Below, piece after piece: positions 51,987 through 62,665 of a DNA stretch of 64,000 nucleotides. The notes below the pieces were generated by a model, which was not told the DNA's origin, did not search any database, and was given only the letters and a program-made list of their open reading frames with translations. How positions within the stretch are numbered: the stretch's first letter is position 1; every line of letters begins with the position of its first letter. Made by a program: the position numbers and the translations under genes. Location: NCBI GenBank assembly GCA_027623315.1, contig JAQBYD010000014.1, forward strand, positions 375 to 64,374, in the 5' to 3' direction. The DNA is from Verrucomicrobiota bacterium. Lineage in GTDB: Bacteria > Verrucomicrobiota > Kiritimatiellia > CAJWTS01.

Positions 51987-54872
51987 ATGAACGAAGCGAA
52001 ACGCATCACCCCGCGTCCCGTGCGCGAAGAGCAAGCCTGGCAGGAGGTCGGCCACACGGAGTTTTCTCCCGGCGTGGCGGTCGCGCTGATCGTGATCTTT
52101 CTCGGGATCATATTGCTGGGGCCCCTGGTCCAGGCGCTGATTCCACGCTCCACCTTCAACGCACTGCTCGGGGGGCCGCGTAGCGAAGTGGATCCGGTCG
52201 ATCCGTCAGATCGTCCCGATGCTCGCAAGGTGAGCGCGACGGTCGTTGCGGTCTCCGCTCGGCCGCGCCGCGATGCGGTCTATCGCGATTTCGTGATGCG
52301 CCTGCACGTGGAGAACCTGCAGGACGAGTCGGGCACGCTTCTCGAGCCAGAGGCGATCCTGGGAGTGCTCGGCATGCGCGACCGCGTTATTCAGGCGGCG
52401 GCCGGGATCCAGGCCGGGACTCAAATTGAAGCCACTATTCAGCCATGGTCCGTCGTGGCCGGCCGTGTCGACGGCATGAACGCCTCGTCATTGGAGGGCG
52501 ACCGCTTTCTCCTGATGAACCAATGGTGGGCGGCTTCTCTGACGGCGCCCGGCGCGAACCTGCTGCCCGGCGCAATGGATTTTTCCGGCATCTGGTGCGG
52601 ACGCGGCAACGAACTCCCGGACGACGCCCGCATCGGCGTCTTGCGCGGAATGCGACGGGCCTGGAGTCAAGGTGCCGGGTTCCTCGACGCATTCCTCGCG
52701 GCGAACGCGCATCTCGCCCGCCGGATCCGCCTCTACGAGACTGCACTGGACGACGAGGCCGTGCTGGCGCTGGTGTTAAGGCGGCATGTGCAGGCTGTGC
52801 TGGCGTCCGTGGGCGTCGGGAACGAGAAGGCAATCGTCGGCAGGGATGGCTGGCTCTTCTTTGTGCCGGGCGTGCACGGCATCACGGGGCGCGGCTTTCT
52901 CGATCCGATGCAACTCCGCGATCGCGTGCGCGGAGGCGATGCGTTGAAAGCGCCGCCGCGACCGGATCCACGTCTCGCGATTCTTGGCCTTCGCGACCAA
53001 CTGGCCGAGCGCGGCATCGAATTGGTGATCATGCCGACCCCGGTCAAACCATCCATTCATGCGGGCAAGATAGCAACGCGTCTGGCGAGTCATTCGAAGC
53101 CGTTGCGCAATCGCTCGTTCGACGCCTGCGTGGACGAATTGCGCGCCGCCGGGGTGCGGGTCTTTGATCCTGCGCCCTTGATCATGGCGCGAAAGAAGCA
53201 GGGCGTGCAGTATCTCGCGACGGACACGCACTGGCGTCCCGAAGCAATGCAGGCGGTTGCCGAAGCGCTCGCCGACGAAGTGGCCCCGCTGCTCGCCGAA
53301 CGAGTGCCGACGCGGTGGTCTACGGAGGAGGCAACGCACCGGCAGCTTGGCGATATCGCGACGATGCTGGACATGGCAGCGTGGCAGACCGCCGTGGATC
53401 CCGAGACCGTGACCGTCAAGCGCGTTGTCGATGCCGACGGTGAGGCGTGGCGTCCGAGTTCGGACAGCGAGGTGCTGCTACTGGGTGACAGCTTTTCGAA
53501 TATCTATAGCCTCGAAGGCATGGGGTGGGGCGGGGCATCCGGCCTCGCTGAGCATCTCTCGCTCGCGCTGCAGCGCCCGCTCGATCGGCTGTGCCGCAAT
53601 GACGCCGGCGCCCACACGTCACGCGGCATGTTGGCCCAGGCCCTGCTGAAGGATCCTCATTTTCTCGATGGCAAGCGCGTCGTCGTGTGGCAATTCGCCG
53701 AGCGCGAACTGTCCGTGGGGGATTGGAAGGCGATTGAGCTCGCGGCGGCTCACCGGGGGGAGACAGTGCGTGATTCTGAAGCGAACGGTGAATCGCGCCC
53801 GGCTCGCGGGGACGCTCGCCCTCCATCAGGACCGGCGGAAGTCTCTTCCGGACCTGGAGGGCGAGCGTCCCCGCGAGCCGGTTCAGAGGGCGCGTCTATC
53901 GCCGAAAACGTACGGGCCCGGTTCCGCGCGCTGGTTGAACAGGCCGAGGCAACCGACGCGGTTGCCGCCCAGGGCAAAGATGACTGGATCTTCCTGGTGT
54001 CCGAATTGCGGCACATGGCGAGCCGTCCGGCGGCCGAAGCGGTGCCCGACGATCCGGGTGCCGATCCTTTCTCCGCTCTTGTCGATCTGCATGTGAAGTT
54101 ACGGGAACTCGATGTCCAACTGATTCTGCTCCCGGTTCCGCCACGCGCTGCGATCTATGCCGACAAGCTGCTCGACGACGTGCCGCGCGACGCGAACGGC
54201 CAGGTTGGGCGCGTTGACACCGGGCTCAAGGCGTTCTACGAAGCACTGCAGAGAGAAGGCGTCCAGGTCCTCGATCTCACCGACTCGTTTCTGGCCGCAC
54301 GCGCTCGCGACGATGAGCTCGGCCCCGTCTGCTGCGAGCAGGATACGCATTGGTCTCCGCGCGGCATACGCATCGCTGCCGAGGCGGTGGCGGCGATCAT
54401 TGCGGAGATGGACTGGTCGAGTCAGTTGGTGCCGGCGAATTTGCATCGCGGGGAGCAAACCCGGTTGGAGTACGTAGGCGATCTTGTCGATCGCATCGCC
54501 GGGCACGCTGAGACGACAAGTCTTGCTTCCATCGCGCGCGTCGTCGCGTCGAAGGATTCGCACGATGCCGTTGCCTCGGACAGCGAGAGTCCGATCATCC
54601 TGCTCGCAGACAGCCACGGCCTCGTCTTCTCATCCGGGGGCGAGATGCACTGCACCGGGGCGGGACTTGCGGAGCAGATCGCATTCGAACTGGACACAAC
54701 ACTCGACGTCATGGCGCGCCGTGGGTCCGGGGACTCGGTGCGCCGCGACCTCGCGCGCCGCTTTCTGCGGAACCCGGATCTCCCGGCGACCAAGCGACTC
54801 GTGATCTACTGCTTCGCCGCACGCACGTTCACGGAATCGACCGGTTGGAAGCCCGTCCCTCTGCAGCGGTAG
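51987..54872 (+). CDS. AlgJ/AlgX-like O-acetyltransferase with two tandem SGNH-like domains
   Basis: N-terminal TM helix. Domain 1: GRDGWLF, TDTHW, GDSFS. Domain 2: GKDDWIF, QDTHW, ADSH. Confidence 0.85.
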   Translation: MNEAKRITPRPVREEQAWQEVGHTEFSPGVAVALIVIFLGIILLGPLVQALIPRSTFNALLGGPRSEVDPVDPSDRPDARKVSATVVAVSARPRRDAVYRDFVMRLHVENLQDESGTLLEPEAILGVLGMRDRVIQAAAGIQAGTQIEATIQPWSVVAGRVDGMNASSLEGDRFLLMNQWWAASLTAPGANLLPGAMDFSGIWCGRGNELPDDARIGVLRGMRRAWSQGAGFLDAFLAANAHLARRIRLYETALDDEAVLALVLRRHVQAVLASVGVGNEKAIVGRDGWLFFVPGVHGITGRGFLDPMQLRDRVRGGDALKAPPRPDPRLAILGLRDQLAERGIELVIMPTPVKPSIHAGKIATRLASHSKPLRNRSFDACVDELRAAGVRVFDPAPLIMARKKQGVQYLATDTHWRPEAMQAVAEALADEVAPLLAERVPTRWSTEEATHRQLGDIATMLDMAAWQTAVDPETVTVKRVVDADGEAWRPSSDSEVLLLGDSFSNIYSLEGMGWGGASGLAEHLSLALQRPLDRLCRNDAGAHTSRGMLAQALLKDPHFLDGKRVVVWQFAERELSVGDWKAIELAAAHRGETVRDSEANGESRPARGDARPPSGPAEVSSGPGGRASPRAGSEGASIAENVRARFRALVEQAEATDAVAAQGKDDWIFLVSELRHMASRPAAEAVPDDPGADPFSALVDLHVKLRELDVQLILLPVPPRAAIYADKLLDDVPRDANGQVGRVDTGLKAFYEALQREGVQVLDLTDSFLAARARDDELGPVCCEQDTHWSPRGIRIAAEAVAAIIAEMDWSSQLVPANLHRGEQTRLEYVGDLVDRIAGHAETTSLASIARVVASKDSHDAVASDSESPIILLADSHGLVFSSGGEMHCTGAGLAEQIAFELDTTLDVMARRGSGDSVRRDLARRFLRNPDLPATKRLVIYCFAARTFTESTGWKPVPLQR
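53799..53881. repeat. REP doublet inside the AlgJ/X coding sequence
   Basis: Perfect 27-bp inverted arms at 53799-53825 and 53855-53881; same family as 50315-50391. Confidence 0.92.
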
Positions 54873-55038
54873 AGGTCTGTAGTCTGGTGCGCTAGTCCCA
54901 AATCCAGCGAACGCGGATGTCCAAAGGGGCCTCGCCGCGGCGGAGAAACGGAAAGTGGTAGCATATCGCAGGAACCCGGACTTGAGTCTTGGAATTGTTC
55001 TATCTTGATATTGCACACGTCGCGCCGATTACCGCAAT

Positions 55039-55791
55039 ATGGGTTCCTTGAACGGGGAGAAGCAAAACGTACTCGTGACCGGCTCGGCGGGGGTGATCGG
55101 CAGGGCGGCATGCCGTGCGCTGAAGGACCGCGGCCACTCGGTGATCGGGTTTGATCTGCGTGAGACGCCGGGTGTGGACCAGGCCGTGGTGGGTAACCTC
55201 ACTGATCGCGCCGCGTTGGATCGCGCCATGTCGGGCGTGACGTCGGTGATCCACCTCGGCGCAATCCCCACCGACGCGGACTTTGTCGAGAAACTGGTGC
55301 CGAACAATGTGGTCGCTGTTCATGAAGTTTTCGAAGCCGCCGTACGGGCCGGAGTGCGGCGGGTCGTCTTCGCCAGCAGCGGCCAGGTCGTGGGCGGGCA
55401 CGTTCGAGAGGGTGTCTCGATTCGCCTTGAGGACGGCCCGGCGCCGGTCAATCACTACGGGCTTCTCAAGCTGTGGGGCGAGCAACTTGGGGCGATGATG
55501 TGGCGAAACCACGGGTTGTCGTTTATCGGTGTGCGAATCGGGTTCTGTCCGCGTACAGCAGAGGAGGTGAAGTCGATTGAGGACAGTGAGGTCTGCCGGG
55601 CCATGTATCTAAGTCACCGCGATGCGGGCCGCTTCCTGGTTTGCGCCGTGGAGGCGGACTCTATTGAATGCGAGATTCTGTTCGCGACCAGCCGCAGCCC
55701 CGGTACACCGCTTTTCGACCCGGAGCCGGCGCGGCGGCTGATCGGCTACGAGCCTGTGGATCTGTTCCCGGACGGTTGCGGGACGATCTGA
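55039..55791 (+). CDS. NAD-dependent epimerase/dehydratase (uronate dehydrogenase-like)
   Basis: TGSAGVIG, VVFASS, YGLLK, VRIG, YLSHRD. Confidence 0.8.
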   Translation: MGSLNGEKQNVLVTGSAGVIGRAACRALKDRGHSVIGFDLRETPGVDQAVVGNLTDRAALDRAMSGVTSVIHLGAIPTDADFVEKLVPNNVVAVHEVFEAAVRAGVRRVVFASSGQVVGGHVREGVSIRLEDGPAPVNHYGLLKLWGEQLGAMMWRNHGLSFIGVRIGFCPRTAEEVKSIEDSEVCRAMYLSHRDAGRFLVCAVEADSIECEILFATSRSPGTPLFDPEPARRLIGYEPVDLFPDGCGTI

Positions 55792-56127
55792 GTGGATGAG
55801 CAGTGTAATGCCAACACGAGGCGCGCTGGGAGAAGAGCGACCTGCCTGTAACACAGCGGCAAACTCAATGCGCTTACCGTAGAGCGGCCGCGGCGTAATG
55901 TCGCCCTGTTCCTCAACGAAGCGAAGCACGAGGGGGTCCGTGTCGTTCGACGTACCGCCCGCCTGGCCGCGCGGTAACTGGTAGCTTCGCCGATTGGGAC
56001 AGCAAGCAGCGGGAACCGTGGAGGTCAACGACGCCGTGTCGCTGCGGCTTCCCGGTCTCTCGATCTATGCACTGATTGGCCCGACCCCCTGATAAGGTGG
56101 TTTAGGATGAAATCCCGCGCGAAGCGC

Positions 56128-56256
56128 TCTGGAGTGCGCTGACCCGGCAGCGCTCGCATTTCGCCGTGCCTGGTGCTATCCGTGAACGCAGAGCGGCGTC
56201 CCATGCTTCGCGCTGCGCTTGCTTCGCAGGGCACGGCAGGCCGCCGCACCCCAAAG
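56128..56256. repeat. Degenerate copy of the TGGAGTGCG...CGCAC(T/C)CCAAAG element
   Basis: TGGAGTGCGCTGACCCGGCAGCGCT left arm and CAGGCCGCCGCACCCCAAAG right arm, both resembling 40730-40881. Confidence 0.6.
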
Positions 56257-56391
56257 CATGCTGGCGCATGCAGATGGTCTCCTATCTTAGCGCCATTGGG
56301 GCCAGTCATTAGGTTACGCGCTAAGAATCTTGTGCTCCCGTATCTGGTTTATGGTATGCCGCGCGTAGATAATATGATTTGCTCTTGAACC

Positions 56392-58285
56392 GTGAATTTC
56401 CGGATTCTGTCATTGCTTGCGTTGTTGTTTGCCTGGTCAAGCGCGCCGTCTCACGCCGCGACGCACCTCGACAAGGCTGAACTTCAATACCTTGAGAAGG
56501 TCCTGGATGGGTTGAAAGCAGGAAACTCGTCCGACCCTGAGGCCGTGGAACGTCTGAGCGGGGCCGATTTCGATTGCCTCGTCGCGACGGAGCGTAGCTA
56601 TGTCGAACTGGAGGGCGAACCGCCGCATCAAACTCATCTTGCCTTCCAAATCCTTTTGGAGAGATTGAGTCGATGGACCCTGAACCCTCGCTCGCTCGCG
56701 CAGATGTACTCTGGGCCGGGGCGGCTGTGGACGTCTCTATCAGTCCAAGCCAATCCGCTGGCCCAACCCCTCTTTGAGCAGCTTTTGCGCGGGAATCAGC
56801 CGCGACTTTCGCATGATCTATGCGTCCGGCTCACCCCCTCGTGCTCGCTTGCGTTCATCCGCGAAAGCCTTGCAAGCGCCGACGTAGACTCGGCGCATCT
56901 CGAGGGTCTGCTGGCCGCATGGAATCGCCGGCTCAGCACCGGCGCGGAGTCGCGTGACTTGCCGGGCCTCGCCGGGGTTCTCGAAGATATCGCCGCTGCC
57001 TTCGACCCCGCCGAACCACCGCGGCTCCTGGCCGAACACCTGGGTTTTCTCGGGCGATGGAAGGTGCTTGAGGAGCACTATCGTGAATCGTTGCAGCAAT
57101 GCCTTGCCGCGGATTCCGCCGAACGCGTCCTCGTCGGTTTGAACGTCCAAGAAGATTGTCCGGCCCTTCTGCGTTTGAACGGGGGGCTGCTGCTCCGATT
57201 TCCGGATCACGAGACACTCGCCAGCGCGGCCATCAGGAACTTCGGATACGACTCGTCGCAGGACTATTCGTCCACGCTGCGTGCGATATGGGCTCTCATC
57301 GGGGATCAACAACTGAAGCGGAAATTCTACTGCCTCTACGCGATGGGCGTCCATTCCGCCGGGAACGCCGACATCGCGCTCACGGCGATTAGGAGCGGGG
57401 AGTCTTCTTTCTTCGAGCCCGGTCTGCAGATCCTGAGCTCCGCTTCGGAGGAACAGCTTTCAGAAGGAATTCAATTCATACTGAATAGCGATCAGGGTGG
57501 ATTGGAAGGCGCACTACGACTGGCCCACGAGCATCGCATCGGCGGGTTCGAGAATAGGGCGGTCGCGATATTCCAGGCCGCGCCCGACCAGATCGTTAAA
57601 CAGGCAGCCCTGCACTACCTGCAGATGGCCCCGGGGTCCATCCGTGTCGATCTTCTGGACGCCTTGAAAGACCCCAACGACGACATTCGATTGGCCGCGA
57701 TTCAGCTCTACGACGATCCGCGCGGAATGAACGCACGTCAGCGCCAGAAGGTCGGCGTGGCGTTAACCCGCGTATATATACCTTAACGAGTCCTCCCCCG
57801 GCCATCGCCAGGAAGCCTTGTTCACGCTCGCCGGGTGGAAGGATAAAGCGTGTCGGAGCCTGTTCCGGCAGGTGACCGCAGAGATTCCTTCCTGGCCCGC
57901 GCCGCAACTGGTCAACGACGATCAATATTGGAACTACCGCTTCCGGCTTGTGGCGCTGTTGGGTTCGGCGGCGCTAGGTGACGACGACGCGCAAAATCAA
58001 CTTCTTGCGTTCTACCAGAACGGGGGTCCGCAGGAGCGCATGGATGCCCTGCTTGCCTTTACCGAACTCGGGACGGTGCCTGACGGGGCATTCCGCGACC
58101 TGTTCTCGGAGGAACTTCCCATCGCTGCGACGGCGGCCAATCTTATCGCCACCCACGGTCTACCGGGAGATCGGCAGAAGATGCGGCAGCTTTTTCAGGG
58201 GTCTCCCTACTGGCAGGAGCTCCGCGCATCCGGCCTGAATGATCATGGCCTCTTCCATTACCTGAAACTGGACGATCGGGAGTAA
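56392..58285 (+). pseudogene. Exported HEAT-like helical-repeat protein, frameshifted at (TA)4 57773-57780
   Basis: Signal peptide; helical repeats (LLDALKDPNDDIRLAAI). The frame stops at 57786 but continues in the +1 frame as YLNESSPGHRQEALFTL to 58285. Confidence 0.75.
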
Positions 58286-58289
58286 GCCA

Positions 58290-58832
58290 ATGCGGATTTC
58301 TGCTACCCTGAAAGTGTTCAACATCCTCGTCGTGGCCGGTCTCCTCATGACCGCGCCCTCTTCACCGGCGCATGAAACGGAGTTTGGGCATTCGGTACGG
58401 ACCCTGTATCTCACGAGCGCACCCGGTCAGATCCTGATCGAATATCGACTACACTTGAGCCCGGAAGAGGCGCTGGCCGAAATGGCCCGTATGGATTTGG
58501 ACGAGAACGGTTCAATCTCGGCCGAGGAGCGGGCGGCATGGTTTCTTCAGAAGGGGACGCGACTCAGGTCCGGCATGAAAGCCCATCGAGATGGCCGATC
58601 TCTAGAACTTCAAATCAGGACCTTCAAGCTGGGGCACAGCCTGACCCAGTCGTTTACTTACGCCATCGAAAGCGAATCGAGGACGCTGACGTTCGAAGAT
58701 TCGAATCTCGCCCACCGTCCCGGAGTCGTGAGGGTGGTGCACGGACCGGATCTCCAGGTGACCGTGCTGGAGAATGGGCCACTGAATCACGCCGGATTCA
58801 TCGCCGTAGAAATTGCACCCCGGAAACCGTAG
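58290..58832 (+). CDS. Exported protein with an EF-hand-like loop (DUF1007-like)
   Basis: Signal peptide ending PA-HE..GH; DLDENGSISAEE. Confidence 0.65.
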   Translation: MRISATLKVFNILVVAGLLMTAPSSPAHETEFGHSVRTLYLTSAPGQILIEYRLHLSPEEALAEMARMDLDENGSISAEERAAWFLQKGTRLRSGMKAHRDGRSLELQIRTFKLGHSLTQSFTYAIESESRTLTFEDSNLAHRPGVVRVVHGPDLQVTVLENGPLNHAGFIAVEIAPRKP

Positions 58833-58905
58833 CGGCACGCGGACAAGAGACCGGAGTGTATGCGCGAGAAATTTCGGATTCTAACCCCGGTCTCTCCGCT
58901 CTGGA

Positions 58906-58952
58906 AATTCGTGTGGATTCGCGTGATTCGCGGGCACGAAATCTGGTGAAGT
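58906..58952. repeat. Nonamer-based repeat element, copy 3
   Basis: ATTCGTGTGGATTCGCGTGATTCGCGGGCACGAAATCTGGTGAAG, similar to 24814-24858. Confidence 0.8.
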
Positions 58953-58958
58953 TTCACC

Positions 58959-60239
58959 TCAATGCGCGATATCCGACTGGCAGGGATCGTAGGGCGGGTG
59001 GGGGGCGTTGGGGATGCGCATGCCGCCGCCGAGGCGCAGCGATGGAACGTCGTGGCAGTCGAAGCGGATGACCGGGCAAAGGGGATCGGGCGAGTCGTCA
59101 GGCAGTCCGCTGACCGTGACTTTGCCGTCGGCTTGCGTGAAATCACAGGCGCGCCGTCCACCAGCGGTTATCAGCGTCACGTTCTCGACGGTTGTATTCA
59201 AGCCCGCGACCACTAGCGTCGTTCCTGCCCAGTTGCTCACCAGCTGGTAGAGCGACTTGCCCTCCAATGTCAGGAGTCCGTTGTTGTTCCAGTCGGCGTT
59301 GTGCTCGTCGCGGCGCTCCATCAGGTCGTGCGTAAAAGAATCGGTATCGTAGATGCATTCGCCGGCGTACTGCAGCCAACGCCCCACCGCTTCAATAACC
59401 TCGACGGATGGCTCCGGGATCGACCCGTCGCCGCGCGGGCCGATGTTGAGCAGCAGGTTGCCGCGCCCGGAGGCCGCCGCGGCCAGTAGAGATATCACCG
59501 TTCGCGGGCTCTTCCAGTCGTGGTCGCCGCGATGGTAGCCCCAGTTGTTGTTGAGGGTCATGCATGCCTCCCAGGGCCGCCAGGGCGAGGGGGCGGCCAT
59601 GTGCCCCTCCGGCGTGCCGAAGTCGCCGGGCAGACCGTTGCGACCGTTAAAGATGATGTGCGGCTGGATCTCCCGCACCATCGCGTTCACCTGCTCGCCT
59701 TTCCAGCGCTCGGCATTGAAGGGCCACCAGCCGTCGTACCAGAGACAGTCGATCGGGTCGAAGCGGGTGACCAGTTCACGCACACGATCCATGGTGGCGA
59801 CGATGAATGTCTCGTAGGCATCCTCGCTCTCCAGTGCGTCGCACGAATTGGGTTGATCGGTCCAATTGTTGAGGCTGTGGTAGAGCCCGATTTTGAGGCC
59901 ACGCGCACGTGCGGCCTCGAGGAGTTCGGCCACCAAGTCACGCCCGCAGACCGCCATCGAATTGAAATCCGACAGCTCGGTGTCGTAGAGCCGGAAGCCA
60001 TCGTGGTGCATCGTCGTGAGATTGACGTAGCGCATGCCGCCGGCCACGGCCAGGTCACAGATTCGCTCCGCATCGAAGTTCTCCGCCGTGAACCGTTTCG
60101 CCAGCGCGCGCATCTCATCGACCGTCATCCGCTCGCGGTTCATTACCCATTCCCCGCGCTCTAGCAGGCTGAAGATGCCGTAGTGGATAAACAAGCCGTA
60201 GCGCGCGCGAGAGAACCAGTGGTCGGAATCGATGTTCAT
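58959..60239 (-). CDS. Alpha-L-fucosidase (GH29), no signal peptide
   Basis: YGLFIHYG, TTMHHDGF, LWYDG, WEACMT.NNNWGY, GNLLLNIGP..DG. Confidence 0.92.
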   Translation of the reverse strand: MNIDSDHWFSRARYGLFIHYGIFSLLERGEWVMNRERMTVDEMRALAKRFTAENFDAERICDLAVAGGMRYVNLTTMHHDGFRLYDTELSDFNSMAVCGRDLVAELLEAARARGLKIGLYHSLNNWTDQPNSCDALESEDAYETFIVATMDRVRELVTRFDPIDCLWYDGWWPFNAERWKGEQVNAMVREIQPHIIFNGRNGLPGDFGTPEGHMAAPSPWRPWEACMTLNNNWGYHRGDHDWKSPRTVISLLAAAASGRGNLLLNIGPRGDGSIPEPSVEVIEAVGRWLQYAGECIYDTDSFTHDLMERRDEHNADWNNNGLLTLEGKSLYQLVSNWAGTTLVVAGLNTTVENVTLITAGGRRACDFTQADGKVTVSGLPDDSPDPLCPVIRFDCHDVPSLRLGGGMRIPNAPHPPYDPCQSDIAH

Positions 60240-60258
60240 GATGTGCAGTGCCTTTCGT

Positions 60259-61347
60259 TCAAGACGTCACCCGCCGGATGCAATTGCGCAATCCGTCAAG
60301 TTCGAACGACCCCGTAGCATGGGCGAACCAGAAGCGGGTCTCGGGTGTGCCCTGGCGCAGCAGGTCTTCGGCGTAAGCCACGTAGTTTGCTTTTTCGGCG
60401 GTTTCGGCGAGCTGGTACGGGATGTAGACGATGTCGTCGCCGAATACCGAGTGCACGTCGGCGAAGGGCGTAAAGGGATCGTGGAATTCGAGTCCGAGGA
60501 TCCGGATGCCCGAGTCGCGCAGAGCGGGCAGATGGTGGGCATACTTCCCGCAGCAATGGATCTGGACGCCGCCGAACGCATCCGCGATGCGGCGCAGGCA
60601 GGGCAGTTCGAAGTCACGGTAGAATTCGGCGCTAAGTAGTGGCATCATGTCCTGGGTGATGCCGACGCCCATCGCTTCCGGCAGGATCGTATACGGCCAG
60701 AGGTTGCCGATAACCTTGCCGCCGCCCAACGTCTGCCTCAATCGCTGATGATAGTCGATCAGCGTCGTGGTGATCTTGTCGAGCGCGGCGTGGATGGCGT
60801 CCGGCTGCGTGCACATGCCCATCATCAATTCCTCCTGGTCCATCACCAGCGCCAGGGTATTCATCGGGCCCTGGAAATCCGGTGTCCGCAGGAAGACGGC
60901 GTCGGAGCCCAATCGTTCACAAACCATACGGTGTAAGTCGACCGCGAGTTGAAAATCCGACTCTTCGAAAGGGCACGCCCGCAGGGCGGACAGCTCCCCC
61001 GGATCGCGCACCACCGGCTTGATGTGCACCCCGCCGCCGTCGTGCGGTGGGATGACGGTGCCGCCGTAGAGCTTGGCGGTGCTGATCGTACCGAAGTCCG
61101 CGTACACCGTCGGCACGACGTGGGTTTCGCCGGACGCGAGATCGGCGCGAATACATTCGACGGCGCCGTCGGCGACCGCCGCGAGGTCCGGCCGCGTATG
61201 ATCAAAGAGTTGACGGTAGGTGGGTTCGGCAACCACGCTCAGCCGTGGGCCACGGATGTCTCCGCGCCAGTATGCCGCGGCGTCAGAGAGTGTTTCCTTA
61301 TGCATGCGGTTGACGTCGGTCAGGGCCGGCTCTGTGGAGGCCATCAA
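60259..61347 (-). CDS. URO-D-family protein
   Basis: TPDFQGPMNT, TQDMMPLLS...YRDFELP, QIHCCG. Confidence 0.75.
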   Translation of the reverse strand: MMASTEPALTDVNRMHKETLSDAAAYWRGDIRGPRLSVVAEPTYRQLFDHTRPDLAAVADGAVECIRADLASGETHVVPTVYADFGTISTAKLYGGTVIPPHDGGGVHIKPVVRDPGELSALRACPFEESDFQLAVDLHRMVCERLGSDAVFLRTPDFQGPMNTLALVMDQEELMMGMCTQPDAIHAALDKITTTLIDYHQRLRQTLGGGKVIGNLWPYTILPEAMGVGITQDMMPLLSAEFYRDFELPCLRRIADAFGGVQIHCCGKYAHHLPALRDSGIRILGLEFHDPFTPFADVHSVFGDDIVYIPYQLAETAEKANYVAYAEDLLRQGTPETRFWFAHATGSFELDGLRNCIRRVTS

Positions 61348-61381
61348 AGCTTTTCCTTAGAGGGGGCTTGACTCACAGCCT

Positions 61382-62533
61382 CTATACCGCGACTTCAGAC
61401 GGAGATTCGGCGTTGAACTCGTCGCAGCTCGCGTCCGGATCCGCGGGAACGGCGCCGGCTGCCACTTCGTGCTCGCGGTTACCCATGACGGGCGGGTGCG
61501 CCGTGTCGGGCAGCGCGTCGACGAACTGGTAGCCGGGATTCTCCTTCTGGCGCTTGAGGATCACGTTGATCTCCTTCCATGCTGCGAACAGGCCCTTGCG
61601 TTCGGGCAGATCGTGGGCAACGAGCTTCTGAAGCTTCGGCAGATTGTAGCAGGGCACCGCGGCGTACATGTGGTGCTCGATGTGATACTCCATGCGCCAA
61701 TACAGGAATGAAGCGATCCACGGCAGCTTGACGCTGCGGCAGGACACACGAAAGTCCGGGACCTTATCCGTCAGGCCGATGTGCTGCGTATTGTTGCAGA
61801 GAAAGAGCAGCCATCCGCCGTAGGTGGAACTGTGCGAGACGACGTAAGGCACGAGCAGCCACGTCCACTGGCGGCTGGCGATCGCGGTGACGATGGATCC
61901 GAGAAGAAGGATACTGTGGCCGGTTATCACGGCGCGATTCCAGTTGACCAGGCGCCTGCGCAGATCCGGCTTGCTCTCAGGGAAGAGAGCCAGGGTCCAG
62001 TCGCCTTCGAGTTTGCCGCGCGCCTTGTCCAGTGTCCCCTTGTACTGATCATAAGGTGCTTTGGGATTCCAGAGCGAATACTTCCAGAAGTTCTTGCGAG
62101 TCACTCCGGCATAGGCGGCCGGCAGCACGACTTCACCGTCGCGCGGCGGGTGCAGCGTGTAGCGGTGGTGGTTTGCGTGGCTGGCATTGAACCAGACCCA
62201 GTCGTTCCATCCGAAGAACCCGATAAGGCGACAGAACAGGTCGTTCAGTCGTTTCGTCTTGAAGACAGTGTAGTGGCACAGTTCGTGAACGCCGTTGATG
62301 TTGAAGCTGCCTACCGTGCCGTGCAGGAGCAGGAAGAACGGTACGGCAAGCCATCGGCCCGTGAATGCGCACCACAGAGTGATCGCGCCGGTGCAGCACC
62401 AGAGTGCGAGGTAGCCTCCGGCCTGCAGGAATCCCTGCAGGTCGCTGCGTTTGCAGAGCTCCAGCTTGACGTCGCGCGGGAGTTCCGTGCGATACCAGCC
62501 TATCGTAGCGCGTTCGTCGTGTGGGTCGGTCAT
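61382..62533 (-). CDS. Membrane fatty-acid-desaturase family (di-iron) protein
   Basis: His boxes HELCH, HANHH and HIEHH; VPCYNLP. Confidence 0.9.
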   Translation of the reverse strand: MTDPHDERATIGWYRTELPRDVKLELCKRSDLQGFLQAGGYLALWCCTGAITLWCAFTGRWLAVPFFLLLHGTVGSFNINGVHELCHYTVFKTKRLNDLFCRLIGFFGWNDWVWFNASHANHHRYTLHPPRDGEVVLPAAYAGVTRKNFWKYSLWNPKAPYDQYKGTLDKARGKLEGDWTLALFPESKPDLRRRLVNWNRAVITGHSILLLGSIVTAIASRQWTWLLVPYVVSHSSTYGGWLLFLCNNTQHIGLTDKVPDFRVSCRSVKLPWIASFLYWRMEYHIEHHMYAAVPCYNLPKLQKLVAHDLPERKGLFAAWKEINVILKRQKENPGYQFVDALPDTAHPPVMGNREHEVAAGAVPADPDASCDEFNAESPSEVAV

Positions 62534-62665
62534 GTTGCTGGGAGAGGGTGTGGCTCGACCTTACGTTATCACAGTTCGACGTCCGCCTCTCGGGCTCCGA
62601 AGGCTAGGCTTCGGAATCGTTCAAATGGGGCCCGATAGTACGTGATCCTCAGATTGACGGATAAG

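Noticed and set aside
55800..56390. Short ORFs downstream of the epimerase
   Set aside because: Partly repeat-derived, and the protein-like stretches are too short to assign.
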